From a bacterium (GTDB taxonomy: Bacteria > UBA8248 > JACPRG01 > G963555815), in the NCBI GenBank assembly GCA_965261595.1, contig CBDHDG010000006.1, forward strand, positions 1,632,001 to 1,696,000: DNA of 64,000 nt. The letters run 5' to 3'. The stretch's first letter is position 1. Every line of letters begins with the position of its first letter. The position numbers were made by a program, and so were the translations under genes. The notes below the pieces were generated by a model. That model had not been told where the DNA came from. It did no database searches and was given only the letters and a program-made list of their open reading frames with translations. Of this stretch, positions 46,882 through 57,602 are shown one piece after another.

Positions 46882-49386
46882 ATGAGATTCAAACCCATAT
46901 CGATCGCGGTGTCCATCGTGGTCGCCGTTATGGCGGTTCAAAGGGTTCCGGCCGCGGCGAAGATCGAAGATTACGCCTTCGGCCTTCGCCTCCTGGAAGA
47001 CGGTCACTTGGACGCCGCCATCCTGGCCTTCGAGTCTTATCTGGAGAACAACCCGAAGGGCGCCCGGCGGGCGGAAGCCAGGTTTTTTTTGGCCGAGACC
47101 CGGCATGAGAAAGGGGTCATCGCCGAGGCCCTGAGAGAATACCGGACCTTCCTGGCCGAGAATCCCGAGCACCCCTTCCGGTCCACGGCGCACTTCCGGA
47201 TTGGCAAAATCGAGTTGGGCAACGGCCGTCTCAAGGCTGCGGCCGGCCAGTTCTCCAAAGTCCGCGACGGACCGCTGATCGACCAGGCGTTGTATCACCT
47301 GGGACACATCCAATTTCGTCTTGAGGATTGGGCCGCCGCAATCCGCGCGTTCTCGGACCTGCTCGGCCGATTTCCCTCCAGCCCCTTCAGCGCCGGCGTT
47401 CGGTATGTTCTCGGGATCGCCCACTACAAAGGTGGGCAGGACACCCAGGCCCTGAAAAACCTTCAGGCCTACCTGAAGTCGCCGCGGCCCGGAAAAGTCG
47501 AGTCTTTGTGGGCGCATGCGGTCGCCGGGATGATTCGCAAGCGGCAAGGGAACTGTGATCCCGCGATCCGCCACTTCGAGGTGGTGCTCCAGGCGGATCC
47601 TCGATTTCCCCCCAGGGGCAGCGCCGCCTGGGGGCTGGCCGAATGTCTTTATGAGAAAAAGGATTATCATTCCGCGGAAAAGAAATATGCGGTCTACCTG
47701 GAAACCTATGCCAAATCCCCCCAGATTACGCTGGCCCGGATTCGCGCCGGTCACAGTCACTTCATCGCCGGACGGTATCAGGATGCGCTCGGATATTTTC
47801 GGAAGCTCGCCAAGAAAAATGTCCCGCCCCAATATCGGCAATGGGTCCTGTACTGGACCGCCAGATCCCTGGACCTGTCGGGCGACCCGGACGCCGCTTT
47901 GCGGGGCTACGAAGAGCTCATCCGGTCCTTTCCGGACGGATCGGCGACCTATGACGCCGCGGCCAGGGCGGCGGCCATTCGGTTACGCCGGAAGGAGTAT
48001 GAACGGGCCGTCGAGATCCTCTCCGTGCTGAAGAGCGCCCCGGACGGCCTCCAGGCCGCTTGGGCCGTTCGAATGACGGGGGAGGCGCAGTTTGCGCTCG
48101 GCCGCTTTGGGGAGGCCTACGAGTCTTTTCGGGAGGTCCTCCCCAAGGTTCAGGATAAAGCCATCCGGCGGGAGATGATTCGGAAGCTTGGCCTGTCCGC
48201 GTTCCGGATCAAGAAAGACCGGGCGGCTCTTGAGCACCTCGGCGGCTGGTTGCGGGGGGAGGAGAAAGGCCGCCCGGATCAGAAGCGGGAGCCCTGGCCG
48301 ACCCGCCGGTATGAGGTCCTCAAGGTCTTGGCCGCGGTCCAGACCCGGTTGGGTCTGTTGCGGGAAGTGGCCGATACGTGGACCCGGTTGGAGGCCGAGG
48401 CCGTTCGTGTGGACGAAGGCGGAACGGCCGACGGCCTGACAGAATTTTCCGCGAATCGCGGGTTTGTCCTGTTTCGGTTGAAGGAGTATGCGTCTGCCGA
48501 GCGGGAATTTCGGAATTGGCTGACCCGCTATCCGCGGGACAAGCGGCGTCCGCTAATCCTGCTTCATCTCGGCCTGGCCGAGATCCGGACCGAAAAATTC
48601 GCCGATGCCGTTTCGCACCTGGATGCCTTCCTGAAAGAAAACCCGTCCCACCCCCGCGTCCGCGATGCCTTGTACGCTTCCGCCCTGGGCGCGATGCGCA
48701 TGAAGGATTATGCCTCCTCGGCCCGGCGGCTGGCGAACTGGCTGGCGGGTGCGGGGGAGGGTGGGGACGCCGGGCGGCAGAAGGAGGCTTGGTTTCTGCT
48801 CGCCGCCGCCCGGTTCGAGTTGGCGGAGTGGAAATTGGCGGCGGCCGCCTATCACCGAATCCTGAAGGGCTATCCGAAGGAGAAGCGAAGGGAGGCGATC
48901 CTCCACAAATTGGGAGTGGCCTACGACCGGATGGCCGAAGTGGACGGGTTGGACGCGGTGCTCGGTTGGGTGAGCGTGCATGCGCCGGAATTCAGGAAGG
49001 GGAAGCTTTTTCTTCGGCTGGGAAAGGACCGGCTCCGCCGGCGGCAATGGAAGCGGGCCGCTGCGTATCTCCGGGTGGCCGCACAGTCGGAAGACCCCAT
49101 TGTGAGAGCGGAAGGTCTTTTCCGCCTGGCGAGCGCGAATGTGCAAGGAGGGAACCAGCGGGAAGCGCTTCAGGCCATCGAGAAAATCCCGAGGGCGGTT
49201 GAGGAATCCGCGGATTGGAGGGGGGACGCCGAGTACCTTCGCGGGGTGGTCTATGAGGCCGAGAGACAGTGGGAGAAGGCGGTGAAGGCGTATCGCGTGG
49301 CCGCCCGTCAAACGTCCAGTCCATCCGTCGCCCGTGCGGCCCTGGACCGAATCGGCAGGATAGAGTCCGCCAAATGGAAAAATTGA
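46882..49386 (+). CDS. Large exported tetratricopeptide-repeat protein
   Basis: Signal peptide followed by repeated TPR (BamD/CpoB-like) helical motifs over about 830 aa. Confidence 0.85.
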   Translation: MRFKPISIAVSIVVAVMAVQRVPAAAKIEDYAFGLRLLEDGHLDAAILAFESYLENNPKGARRAEARFFLAETRHEKGVIAEALREYRTFLAENPEHPFRSTAHFRIGKIELGNGRLKAAAGQFSKVRDGPLIDQALYHLGHIQFRLEDWAAAIRAFSDLLGRFPSSPFSAGVRYVLGIAHYKGGQDTQALKNLQAYLKSPRPGKVESLWAHAVAGMIRKRQGNCDPAIRHFEVVLQADPRFPPRGSAAWGLAECLYEKKDYHSAEKKYAVYLETYAKSPQITLARIRAGHSHFIAGRYQDALGYFRKLAKKNVPPQYRQWVLYWTARSLDLSGDPDAALRGYEELIRSFPDGSATYDAAARAAAIRLRRKEYERAVEILSVLKSAPDGLQAAWAVRMTGEAQFALGRFGEAYESFREVLPKVQDKAIRREMIRKLGLSAFRIKKDRAALEHLGGWLRGEEKGRPDQKREPWPTRRYEVLKVLAAVQTRLGLLREVADTWTRLEAEAVRVDEGGTADGLTEFSANRGFVLFRLKEYASAEREFRNWLTRYPRDKRRPLILLHLGLAEIRTEKFADAVSHLDAFLKENPSHPRVRDALYASALGAMRMKDYASSARRLANWLAGAGEGGDAGRQKEAWFLLAAARFELAEWKLAAAAYHRILKGYPKEKRREAILHKLGVAYDRMAEVDGLDAVLGWVSVHAPEFRKGKLFLRLGKDRLRRRQWKRAAAYLRVAAQSEDPIVRAEGLFRLASANVQGGNQREALQAIEKIPRAVEESADWRGDAEYLRGVVYEAERQWEKAVKAYRVAARQTSSPSVARAALDRIGRIESAKWKN

Positions 49387-52300
49387 CCCCGAGCGTTTTT
49401 GGGGGCCGGCCGTGGGCGGCCCTGTTCACGGTCTCCCTCATCCTGGGGGTGTCTTCGGGAACCGGGTTCTCGCAAGAGGGGAAGATCCAGCTCGATATCC
49501 CCGAGGTCGTCGTTATCGGTCTGGGCGTCCCGCTGATACGCACCCGGCAGCTCATCCGCCCCGTGCCGCGCAACCTCACACCCCGCGGCGTGGCCGTTTC
49601 GCCCGATGCCGGGGAGATGCGGCGTCCGATGGGGCCGATCTCATTTGATCCCGGTCCGGCGTTTGTCCCGCGCCTCGCGCGTCCGGCTGATTGTTACGGA
49701 AACTCATTTTCGAGCGGGTTGCTCATCGAGCGTGAGGGAGCGCCGGCCCGCTTTCGGATCGGCTATCTGGCATTCCTGGAGAACCGGCTTCCCCGGGCGG
49801 AGGAACACTTTCGGGCCGGTCTCAAGGAGAACCCCGATCCCTTCTCGGTCTCCTTTCTCGGGTACTGGCTTGGCGAGGTGCTTCTTCGCCGCGGACAGCG
49901 GGCGGAGGCCCGGCGGGCGTGGGAGCGGGTCGCGGGCGATCCCGCGGGGTTCTACGCGGGAGCGGCCGCCTACCGCTCGGATTGATGGCCTACCGCCGGG
50001 GGGAGGACCGGGAGGCCCGGGCCTGGATGGAGCGGGTGCTCGAGCGCTTTCCGGGACATCCCCAGGCGGTAGTGGCCGATTTCATCGCCGGAGAGATCTC
50101 TTTGCGCCGGGATGACCTTGCCCGCGCCGCTTGGCATTTCGCCGGCGCGCGGCAAGCCGCCGCGGAGCGGGGACGGGAGCGACTCCTGAAGCTCGCCTTG
50201 TTTCGCGAGGGGATGACAGCGTTCCATCTTGAAAGGTATGAACGCGTAACCGAGTCCCTGGATGCTTATCTCAAAACCCCCGGCGCATTGGCCCATGCGC
50301 GTTCGGCCCGCTTCGCCCTCGGCTGGTCCTACCTTCAGGTCCGCCTTTATCTGAAGGCGCGGGACGCCTTTCTGAAATCCCTGCGGGCCGATTCGGATGA
50401 GACAGGAGAGGTCTCGCTCGGCTGGCTGTTGAGCGCGCTCGCACTGGGTCGGGAGGACGAGGTCCAAGGCGCTTTGCGCCGCCTGAAGGGGATTCGTCCG
50501 GACGGGCGATCCGCTTTGTGGGGTGCGTTGGCCTGGGCGCGCCGGCTCCACCGCTCGGGCCGATTTCAAGCGTCGGTTGAGGTTCTCGAAGAGGCCCTGC
50601 GCGGCCTGAAGGGCGCCGAAGCCGCCGGGAAGGAAGACCTCATCCGCTGGGCCCGGCTTCTGTTGGCCTTTTCCCTCTACAACGCGGGTGGAAAAGATCA
50701 ATCGGCCTCGGAGATTTTCCGGGATTTGTCGGAGGCCCCCGCGGGCGTTGGAGATGTCCTTCGGACCCAAGCGGCGTACGGGCTTCTCCTCGCACGGTTG
50801 GGCGCCGGGGCCCTCAAGGGGGCGGTGAGCGCCGCGGATTCCTTCGAGAAACGGTTTCCAACCGACCCGCGGTTGGCGGAGGCCCGGTTCTGGAGAGGCG
50901 AAGCGCTCTTACGGCTCAAGCGGCCCGCCGATGCGCGGGGGGCGTTCGAGAAAATCCCCCCCCATCACCGTCTGGGTCCGGAAGCCGCGTTGGGACGGGC
51001 CTATGCCTTTTATGACGAAGGACGCTGGCCGGACGCCTTGGCCGCTTTCGGCGAGGCGGCGAAACGGCTTCGGGGGCGTCCCGCGCTTCTGGCCGAGGTC
51101 CGGGTTCGGCAGGCCGAGGCCCACTACAACATGCGCAATTACGGCCGCGCGGGGGAAATGTACCGGAAAACCCTGAAAGAATTTCCGGATGGCCGCATGG
51201 CGAAGACCGCCGCTCTTCGACTTGGGGAGATGCAGTTCCGGCGGGCGAATTACCAAGAGGCGGAGAATACGTTTGCGGAGTATTTGCGTCGGTGGCCCAA
51301 AAGCCCCCGCGGCGATGAGGCCTATTTTTGGAGGGGGTTGACCCGGATCCGGCTGGGGTGGTTTCCCTTGGCTCGTGTATCGCTGTCCCGGCTCGTGCGG
51401 GATTATCCCAAGAGCCGTTACCGGACCATGGCCCTTTTGCAGATCGGGCACTCCTACTACAACCAAGGCGATTTCATGGAGTCCATGGCCGCGTACAACC
51501 GTGTTCTCGCCCAAAATCCCTCCTCGGAGGAGGCGAGGGAAGCCAGATACGGAATCGTGTTGACCCAGTTGCGGTCGGGCGACACGGACAAGTTCATCCG
51601 CGACGCGCGGGCCTTCATCCGGAAGGAGCCGGACCACAAGCTGGTCACGACGATGGAATTCCAGGTGGCCGAGATCTATCTGGCGCAGAAGCGATACAAG
51701 GACGCCCTGGCCGCCTACGTGCGGGTCTTGCGCCGGGGGGGGCCGGATTCCGATGTGGTCCACTTTCGGATCGGCGAGATCAAGCGCCTGGAAGGCAAGC
51801 CGGCGGAGGCGGCGGATTATTTCCGCGATCTGCTGGATCGGTTCCCCGACAGCCGCGTCCGGGGAGACGCCCGGTACCGCCTGGCCGCGTCCCTGGCCGA
51901 GCTCGGCGATTGCGAGGGCGCCGTGCGGGAGTATGGTCTCTTCGTCCGGAACCACCCGAGGCATAGCCTGCTGACGCAGGCGCGCTATGAGGCGGCGAAC
52001 TGCGCCCTGCGCCTGAACGACCAGGACGCCGCGGAACGATATTTTTCACAAGTCGTGCAGAGCGGCGGGGCCGGCGCGCTGGTCGCCGGCAGCCACTACG
52101 CCCTGGGCCGTATCGCGCGGAAGAACCGGCGTTTCGGGCAGGCCCTGTCTCACCTGGAAGCCGCGATGAAGGGCGACGTGGGCCGGGAGCTGCGGCCGCG
52201 CATCCAGTTCGAGCTGGGGAGTCTGCGGGAGGCCGGAAAGCAGTATCCGCGCGCCGTGGTAGAATACCTGAAGATCATTTACTTGTATCCTCGGGAGAAG

Positions 52301-52501
52301 GTTTTTGTCCACCGGGCGCTCTTGCGGGTGGCGCGGATTTATGAGTTGCAGGATAAGAAAGGGCAAGCCATCGACCTCTACCGGAAGGTTCTGAAGGGTT
52401 CGCCCGATCCGTCCGTTCGCCGGCGCGCGCGTGCGCGTCTGGAGTTGCTGAAGGGGGTGTCTGAAGAAATGCGGTCCCAACCCGCGGAGAAGGTCCGATG
52501 A
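49374..52501 (+). CDS. Large exported TPR protein (~1040 aa), split by one frameshift near 49975
   Basis: ORF 49269..49985 (signal peptide, TPRs up to AAAYR) continues in ORF 49919..52501 (LGLMAYRRG...). Coupled to both neighbours, so the indel may be a sequencing error. Confidence 0.75.
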
Positions 52502-53097
52502 TTGAGTTCCTTTTACGGGGCGGCGTTCTGATGGCCCCCATCCTCTTTTGCTCGGTGTTGGCCTTGGGCATTGTCATCGAGCGCATGTTCAACCTGAGGG
52601 TGAAGCGGGTGATCCGGACCGCGGAGCTGGAGGAAGTGGAGTCCATGATCCGGGCGAAGCGGATCTCCGAGGCCAACATGATCCTTCGCCGCTCCACCTC
52701 GGCGATTTCCCGAATCCTGCTGGCGGCCATCCTCAATCACGACAAAGAACGGACGGAGATCAAGGAGTTGATTGAAGACGCGGGCCGACAGGAAATCCCG
52801 ACGCTGGAGCGTTACCTGGGCATCCTTGGGTCGATTGCGGGGATCACCCCCCTGCTGGGGTTGCTGGGAACGGTGGCGGGCATGATCCGGGTGTTCGATG
52901 TCATCTCGAAGGCGGGCGTCGGCCAGCCCAACGCCCTGGCGGGCGGGATTTCCGAAGCCCTCATCACCACGGCCGCCGGACTCACCGTCGCCATCCCGGC
53001 TTTGGTTTTCCATGGTTACTTCGTGAGCAAGGTGGACGGTCTGGTTCTGGAAATGGAGAAGCACTCCCTTCGGCTCCTGGACATCCTGAAACGATAG
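52498..53097 (+). CDS. exbB: MotA/TolQ/ExbB proton channel protein
   Basis: PLLGLLGTV and GISEALITTAAGL motifs. Confidence 0.9.
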   Translation: MIEFLLRGGVLMAPILFCSVLALGIVIERMFNLRVKRVIRTAELEEVESMIRAKRISEANMILRRSTSAISRILLAAILNHDKERTEIKELIEDAGRQEIPTLERYLGILGSIAGITPLLGLLGTVAGMIRVFDVISKAGVGQPNALAGGISEALITTAAGLTVAIPALVFHGYFVSKVDGLVLEMEKHSLRLLDILKR

Positions 53098-53125
53098 GCG
53101 CCTCCATCCATATTCGGGAACTGAC

Positions 53126-53542
53126 ATGAAATTCCGCCTTCACAGACGTCCGGCAGTGCTCCAGAACCTTCTTCCCCTCATCGACGTCGTTCTCCTGCTA
53201 TTAATATTCTTCATGGTTTCTTCGACGTTTGTCCTACAACCGGGAATCCAGGTCAGCCTCCCGAAATCCACCATCGCCGAACGCCGGGAGCCGGAGGACG
53301 TGACGCTCATCCTGACCCGTGAGAAGGCCCTGTACTTGAATGATCGCAGGGTGACCGTGCCCGAGTTGTGGGGCCGGCTGGTGGACATGTATCGAAGGCG
53401 GCCCGACTTCATGTTGGTCATCAAGGCGGATCGGCAGGTCCCTCATGGGAGTGTGGTGGAAGTGATGGACATCGCCAAGCAGGCGGGTGTCCGCCGCCTG
53501 GCCATCGCCACTCGGCCCAAGAAGCAGGAAGCCAAACGGTGA
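53126..53542 (+). CDS. exbD: ExbD/TolR protein
   Basis: PLIDVVLLLLIFFMV and IKAD motifs. Confidence 0.92.
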   Translation: MKFRLHRRPAVLQNLLPLIDVVLLLLIFFMVSSTFVLQPGIQVSLPKSTIAERREPEDVTLILTREKALYLNDRRVTVPELWGRLVDMYRRRPDFMLVIKADRQVPHGSVVEVMDIAKQAGVRRLAIATRPKKQEAKR

Positions 53543-54447
53543 GATTGCGGTGGGGATTTTGGGCTGGCGTGGGGGCTTCGATTGCCGTCCATGTCGGGTT
53601 CATGGTGATTGTGCCTCCGCCCGAGCCCCAGGCGGTGATGAGGACGCCGATGCACGTGGTCGAGCTTCGGAGGATGCGGATCCCGGTTCCGACCCCCCCC
53701 CCCCCCCCGAGCCCGCGGGAGCGTCCCGAACGGGAGCCGGTCGTCGGGCCGCCTCCTCCGCTCCCGCCTCCTCCGCCGGCCGCCTCGCCTCCCGTCGCGG
53801 CGCTGCGCCTGGAGGAGATGGTCCGGGCGGCCCGTCCGCCTGATTTCAAGGCCCCCCTTCCGATCCCGTCCGCCTTTGTGTTCGCCGACCGATTGGGGAA
53901 GACCCCGGTGGTCGCGCCGAAGGTTTTCAGTCACGCGAAATTGCCGCGTGGGACCCCGGGCGGATCGCCGCCGGTCGGCCGGTTCAAGATCCCGTCCGTC
54001 CGGTCCGGCGCGGCGGGGAGGCGGTCGGACGGGTTGCGAGCTCTTCGGAAGCGATTGATTCGGCAGGAGCTTCTCAAGGCTTCAGAGGCCGAGCCGGAGG
54101 AATTGGAGATCCGGGGCCCCGTCGCCGGGCGAGAATTGGTTTACCGGCCTCCGCCCCCCACCCCATTCCGCGGTGCGGAAGGCGAGATCAAGTTGAAATT
54201 CTGGGTGCTTCCCGATGGGACCGTGGGGCGGATTGTTCTCCTGGTCCGGGGGGACTCGTCCCTCGAGACGACCGCCATCGGGAATCTCAAGCGATGGAAA
54301 TTCAACACCCTCCCTCCCGGCGCCCGGGTTCCCGAGCAGTGGGGGACGATACGGTTCCGGTTCCTTTCCGGCGCGGCGATTTCGCCCATCGCCCCGGGGG
54401 TGCGCGTGCTGAAACCCAAGGTTCTCCGAGAGCTTCCCCTTCCCTGA
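53539..54447 (+). CDS. tonB: TonB-family energy transducer
   Basis: N-terminal TM with SxxxH (SIAVH), proline-rich linker and TonB_C-like end (FWVLPDGTV...RWKF). Confidence 0.82.
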   Translation: MRLRWGFWAGVGASIAVHVGFMVIVPPPEPQAVMRTPMHVVELRRMRIPVPTPPPPPSPRERPEREPVVGPPPPLPPPPPAASPPVAALRLEEMVRAARPPDFKAPLPIPSAFVFADRLGKTPVVAPKVFSHAKLPRGTPGGSPPVGRFKIPSVRSGAAGRRSDGLRALRKRLIRQELLKASEAEPEELEIRGPVAGRELVYRPPPPTPFRGAEGEIKLKFWVLPDGTVGRIVLLVRGDSSLETTAIGNLKRWKFNTLPPGARVPEQWGTIRFRFLSGAAISPIAPGVRVLKPKVLRELPLP

Positions 54448-54486
54448 GTCTCATCCGATGACGGATTCAGGGGTGCTCCCGCGGGG

Positions 54487-55839
54487 CTACGTCGGGGCGG
54501 TGCGGCTGATGACCTCGGCCGAGTCTCGTCGGATGTTGGTGTAATGGGAATCCCGCCGGGGATAGCCCATGCGGATGAGAAACAGGGGCTCGTAGGCGTC
54601 CGGAATGTCGAGAATTTCCCGAAGCGCGGCCTTGGGCTTTTCCTGGACGATGATGGAGGTTTGAAACTGAACGCCGGCGCCCAGGGCCGCGGCGGTCAGC
54701 CACAGCGCTTGGATCCCCGCCCCCACGCCGTTGAGGATCCGCCGCCGGAAGGGATCGTCGGCCGCAAACCGGCCCGTGGAGTTTTCGATGACCCCCGTCA
54801 GGTAGGCGCCGGTCGTCTCGGGGGACGTCTCGGCCTCGCGCAGCATGATCCGGTGCGCTCCCAGGGCCATGGCCAGCGGGGCGAGGGCGGTTTTCAGACC
54901 GAGTCGCGCGAGCGTCCTTTTCACCCCGGTCAACCCGAAGTGACCGACCCACTCCCCATCTCCCCGCCGCTTCCATTCCTTTTTCTGAAAGCGCAACCAT
55001 CCGCAGGTCTCCCGAAACCGCCCCCGGTCCCCGGTCGCCTGTTTCCAGGCGCGCTCTTGAAGCCGGGTCAGCTCCATGGTGTTTCCGGATTCCTCCGCCA
55101 GGACGAGCGCCGCCTCCATCGCCCCGTGAGCATCGATGGCCCGGCGGGCTGCGGAAAGCATCCGCACGCTGTCTTCCGGCCAGGGATCGGTCCGCAACAT
55201 CGGCGCCCGGTCGGTTTGACGCGACCGGATGCAATCCAGGGCCTCCATTCCATCGGCGTGTTGGGGCCGTGGCTGAATGTGGACGGGCTTGGCTTTGAAT
55301 GAATCCAGGTGGTAGACGGCGGGGGCGGGTCGCGATGCGTTTTGGGGGTCGCCGGATCTCCCGATTCCGAAGAGGAGATACGGTTCCAGGTTGTCCGGGA
55401 AGGAGAAGCTCACGGGACGCCAGGATTTCACGATTCGATCGGAGGGTCCCCGGACGTTGCAGGCCAGACCCAATGCCGCCGAGGCCGCTTGGATGTTTAG
55501 GCACGCCGTGCCGAGGGCGATGTAGGATTCGGAGCCCAGCGGGTCGGCGACGGGCAGCATCCGGTTTCGGTCTAGATGACAGAGGATCCACGCCCGCCCA
55601 TCCGCGAGATCCTTCTCTTCAGGAACGGCGGAGAAGGCCCGGGCCGCCTCTTGTCGGCAGCCGGGCGCGCGCAGGACCTGGAAGTGCCAGGGTTGTGTGT
55701 TGTACGCCGAAGCGGCCCAGCGGGCGGCCTCCAGAATCTTGTTCATCTGTTCTTCGGACGGCGCGCCGCCGTCCGGTGGAGCCGCGCCGCCATTGCCGGG
55801 CGGGGCCAACCCTCTTTCGATGGCCTCGAAGATGTCCAT
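54487..55839 (-). CDS. Two-domain nitroreductase-family (Acg-like) FMN protein
   Basis: AARWAASAYNTQPW; second domain with RSRQT, QALWLTAAALG and RMGYP. Confidence 0.8.
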   Translation of the reverse strand: MDIFEAIERGLAPPGNGGAAPPDGGAPSEEQMNKILEAARWAASAYNTQPWHFQVLRAPGCRQEAARAFSAVPEEKDLADGRAWILCHLDRNRMLPVADPLGSESYIALGTACLNIQAASAALGLACNVRGPSDRIVKSWRPVSFSFPDNLEPYLLFGIGRSGDPQNASRPAPAVYHLDSFKAKPVHIQPRPQHADGMEALDCIRSRQTDRAPMLRTDPWPEDSVRMLSAARRAIDAHGAMEAALVLAEESGNTMELTRLQERAWKQATGDRGRFRETCGWLRFQKKEWKRRGDGEWVGHFGLTGVKRTLARLGLKTALAPLAMALGAHRIMLREAETSPETTGAYLTGVIENSTGRFAADDPFRRRILNGVGAGIQALWLTAAALGAGVQFQTSIIVQEKPKAALREILDIPDAYEPLFLIRMGYPRRDSHYTNIRRDSAEVISRTAPT

Positions 55840-56122
55840 GTGCGCAATTCTACCAGACAAGGCCGGGCGCGAGTGGAGAGAGCCGACGCGGCTTGTTCGC
55901 CCTTTCCTCGAATAAATCGCCATTCACGCGGAAAAAGGGGGGGGGATTCGACGTTGTGGAAGAGACGCTCGCGCTTCCCCAAGTCGACGAAACGCCGGGT
56001 CCGGTTCGCCTTGGACGGAGTCGCGATAGGTTTGGGGATTCCGGTGGACCATGGAACCATGAATCCCCGGCGCGCGCGAAGGCGGCGCCGGCGGTCGAAT
56101 GAGTCTATGAACGAGTTCTATC

Positions 56123-56977
56123 TCACTCGGAAGGCGCGCTTGCCGGCTTCGCCGGCTTTTGCGGTGTTTCGATGATTTCCGTGACCATGCCGTCCACAAT
56201 CCTGATCAGAAACCGCTGAACTTCTTCCCCCCCCTCCACATAACCGAAGGGCATCAACGTCAAGCTCCCGGTGGGGGTTGTGACGGACTCGAACCCGGGG
56301 CCCCACAGAAACCCGTCGGCAAAGTATACGTACCCGTAGAAGGATTGATAGAAGGCGCCGCCCAGGTGATAGCGAAGCTCTCCGGCGGTCATTCCGGCGC
56401 GCACCTTCGCGATGGCCCGCTCGGCCCGGGCGAAGGCCGCCCGGGTGAGGCGGGTCGTTTCGAGGTGCTTCCGGATCGACCGGTTTTCCTCTTCCCGGGT
56501 CGGGTCCTTCCTTAAAACGGGCGGGGATCCCCGCAACGTGGAAGGCTCCGGCCGGGGCATGTCCAGTACGGCCCGGACCTTTCCATTTTTCAAGATAACC
56601 AGGGTTCGCTCGACCACGCGCCAGCCTTCATGATAGCCGAAGGAATATTCCTCGATGAGATCGCCCGCGCCGCCCCGCAGGTGGTTCTTCCGGCTGAGGC
56701 CCGTCAGCCAGCCGTCACCGCCCGAGAAGGTCGTGTACCACTCCTCCCCCGGATAACGGCGAAGTCCCAGGGCCCGGACGAAGGCCTCCCGGCTCATTCC
56801 CGGCCGAACCCGTCTCAGACGCTCTTGCGCCATCAGATAGGCCCCGTATTCGGGATTATTGCCGACGCTCACATGTCGCCTTTCCCGCGGATTGCCTTCG
56901 ACACTCCACCACGACTGTCCGCAACCCGAGAGAGAGAGGATCAGCAACACGCACAAAAAAATGTTTGGAAAAGTCAT
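56123..56977 (-). CDS. Hypothetical lipoprotein with an internal domain duplication
   Basis: Lipobox LSGC; two similar blocks VRPGMS...FGYHEG...KNGKV and VRAGMT...FGYVEG...VDGMV. Confidence 0.7.
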   Translation of the reverse strand: MTFPNIFLCVLLILSLSGCGQSWWSVEGNPRERRHVSVGNNPEYGAYLMAQERLRRVRPGMSREAFVRALGLRRYPGEEWYTTFSGGDGWLTGLSRKNHLRGGAGDLIEEYSFGYHEGWRVVERTLVILKNGKVRAVLDMPRPEPSTLRGSPPVLRKDPTREEENRSIRKHLETTRLTRAAFARAERAIAKVRAGMTAGELRYHLGGAFYQSFYGYVYFADGFLWGPGFESVTTPTGSLTLMPFGYVEGGEEVQRFLIRIVDGMVTEIIETPQKPAKPASAPSE

Positions 56978-56993
56978 GGTCGGATTCTTTTCG

Positions 56994-57425
56994 TCAGAGG
57001 GTTTTGGGGAGAAACCTCCGGCGCACGCGCGCCATGTAGCTTTGATACCGCGGGTCCGAAAGGAGAAACCGCTCCTCGGCCAAGGCCCGAAGCGGCAGTC
57101 CGATGAAAAGGGCCGACACAATGACCCAGTTTCGGGCCAGGGGGTTTTCCAGGACTATGCCGAGAAAGAAACAAAGCTCCCCCGTGTACATGGGATGCCT
57201 CACCCACCCATAAAGGCCTCGATCGGTCAGGCCCCGATCCGCGGGAACCAGTCCAAAGCTGCGGCCCAGTTTCCGCACTCCCCGTGGCTCATGGGTGCTG
57301 CCCTCGGACATCTCTTTCACCTTTTCCTCGATCAAGCCACGAACATTCGAGGGTTCAGGCCCCATTATTTCCTCTGTTACCGGGCCTATCACAACTTCTC
57401 CGCCGCTAACCTTTTCCGTGCTCAT
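56994..57425 (-). pseudogene. C-terminal part of an ICMT/PEMT-family membrane methyltransferase
   Basis: LGRSFG, GLYGWVRHPMY and EERFL motifs present; the N-terminal TM helices are missing. Confidence 0.6.
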
Positions 57426-57602
57426 CCCGCCCGCGCGGCCGAAGCCCGACTTGTCTCGGGCGACAGATCTCCGGCCACCACCTCAAGGGTGTAGCTCACA
57501 CGGTTTCGGGTCTTTCGGTTCCGCCCCAGGGACCGGGGGGGAAGGGGGGCCGTTCGGACCGTCCTGACCGCTTCTCCACGTCCGGCCCTTCTCTTCACAC
57601 GC

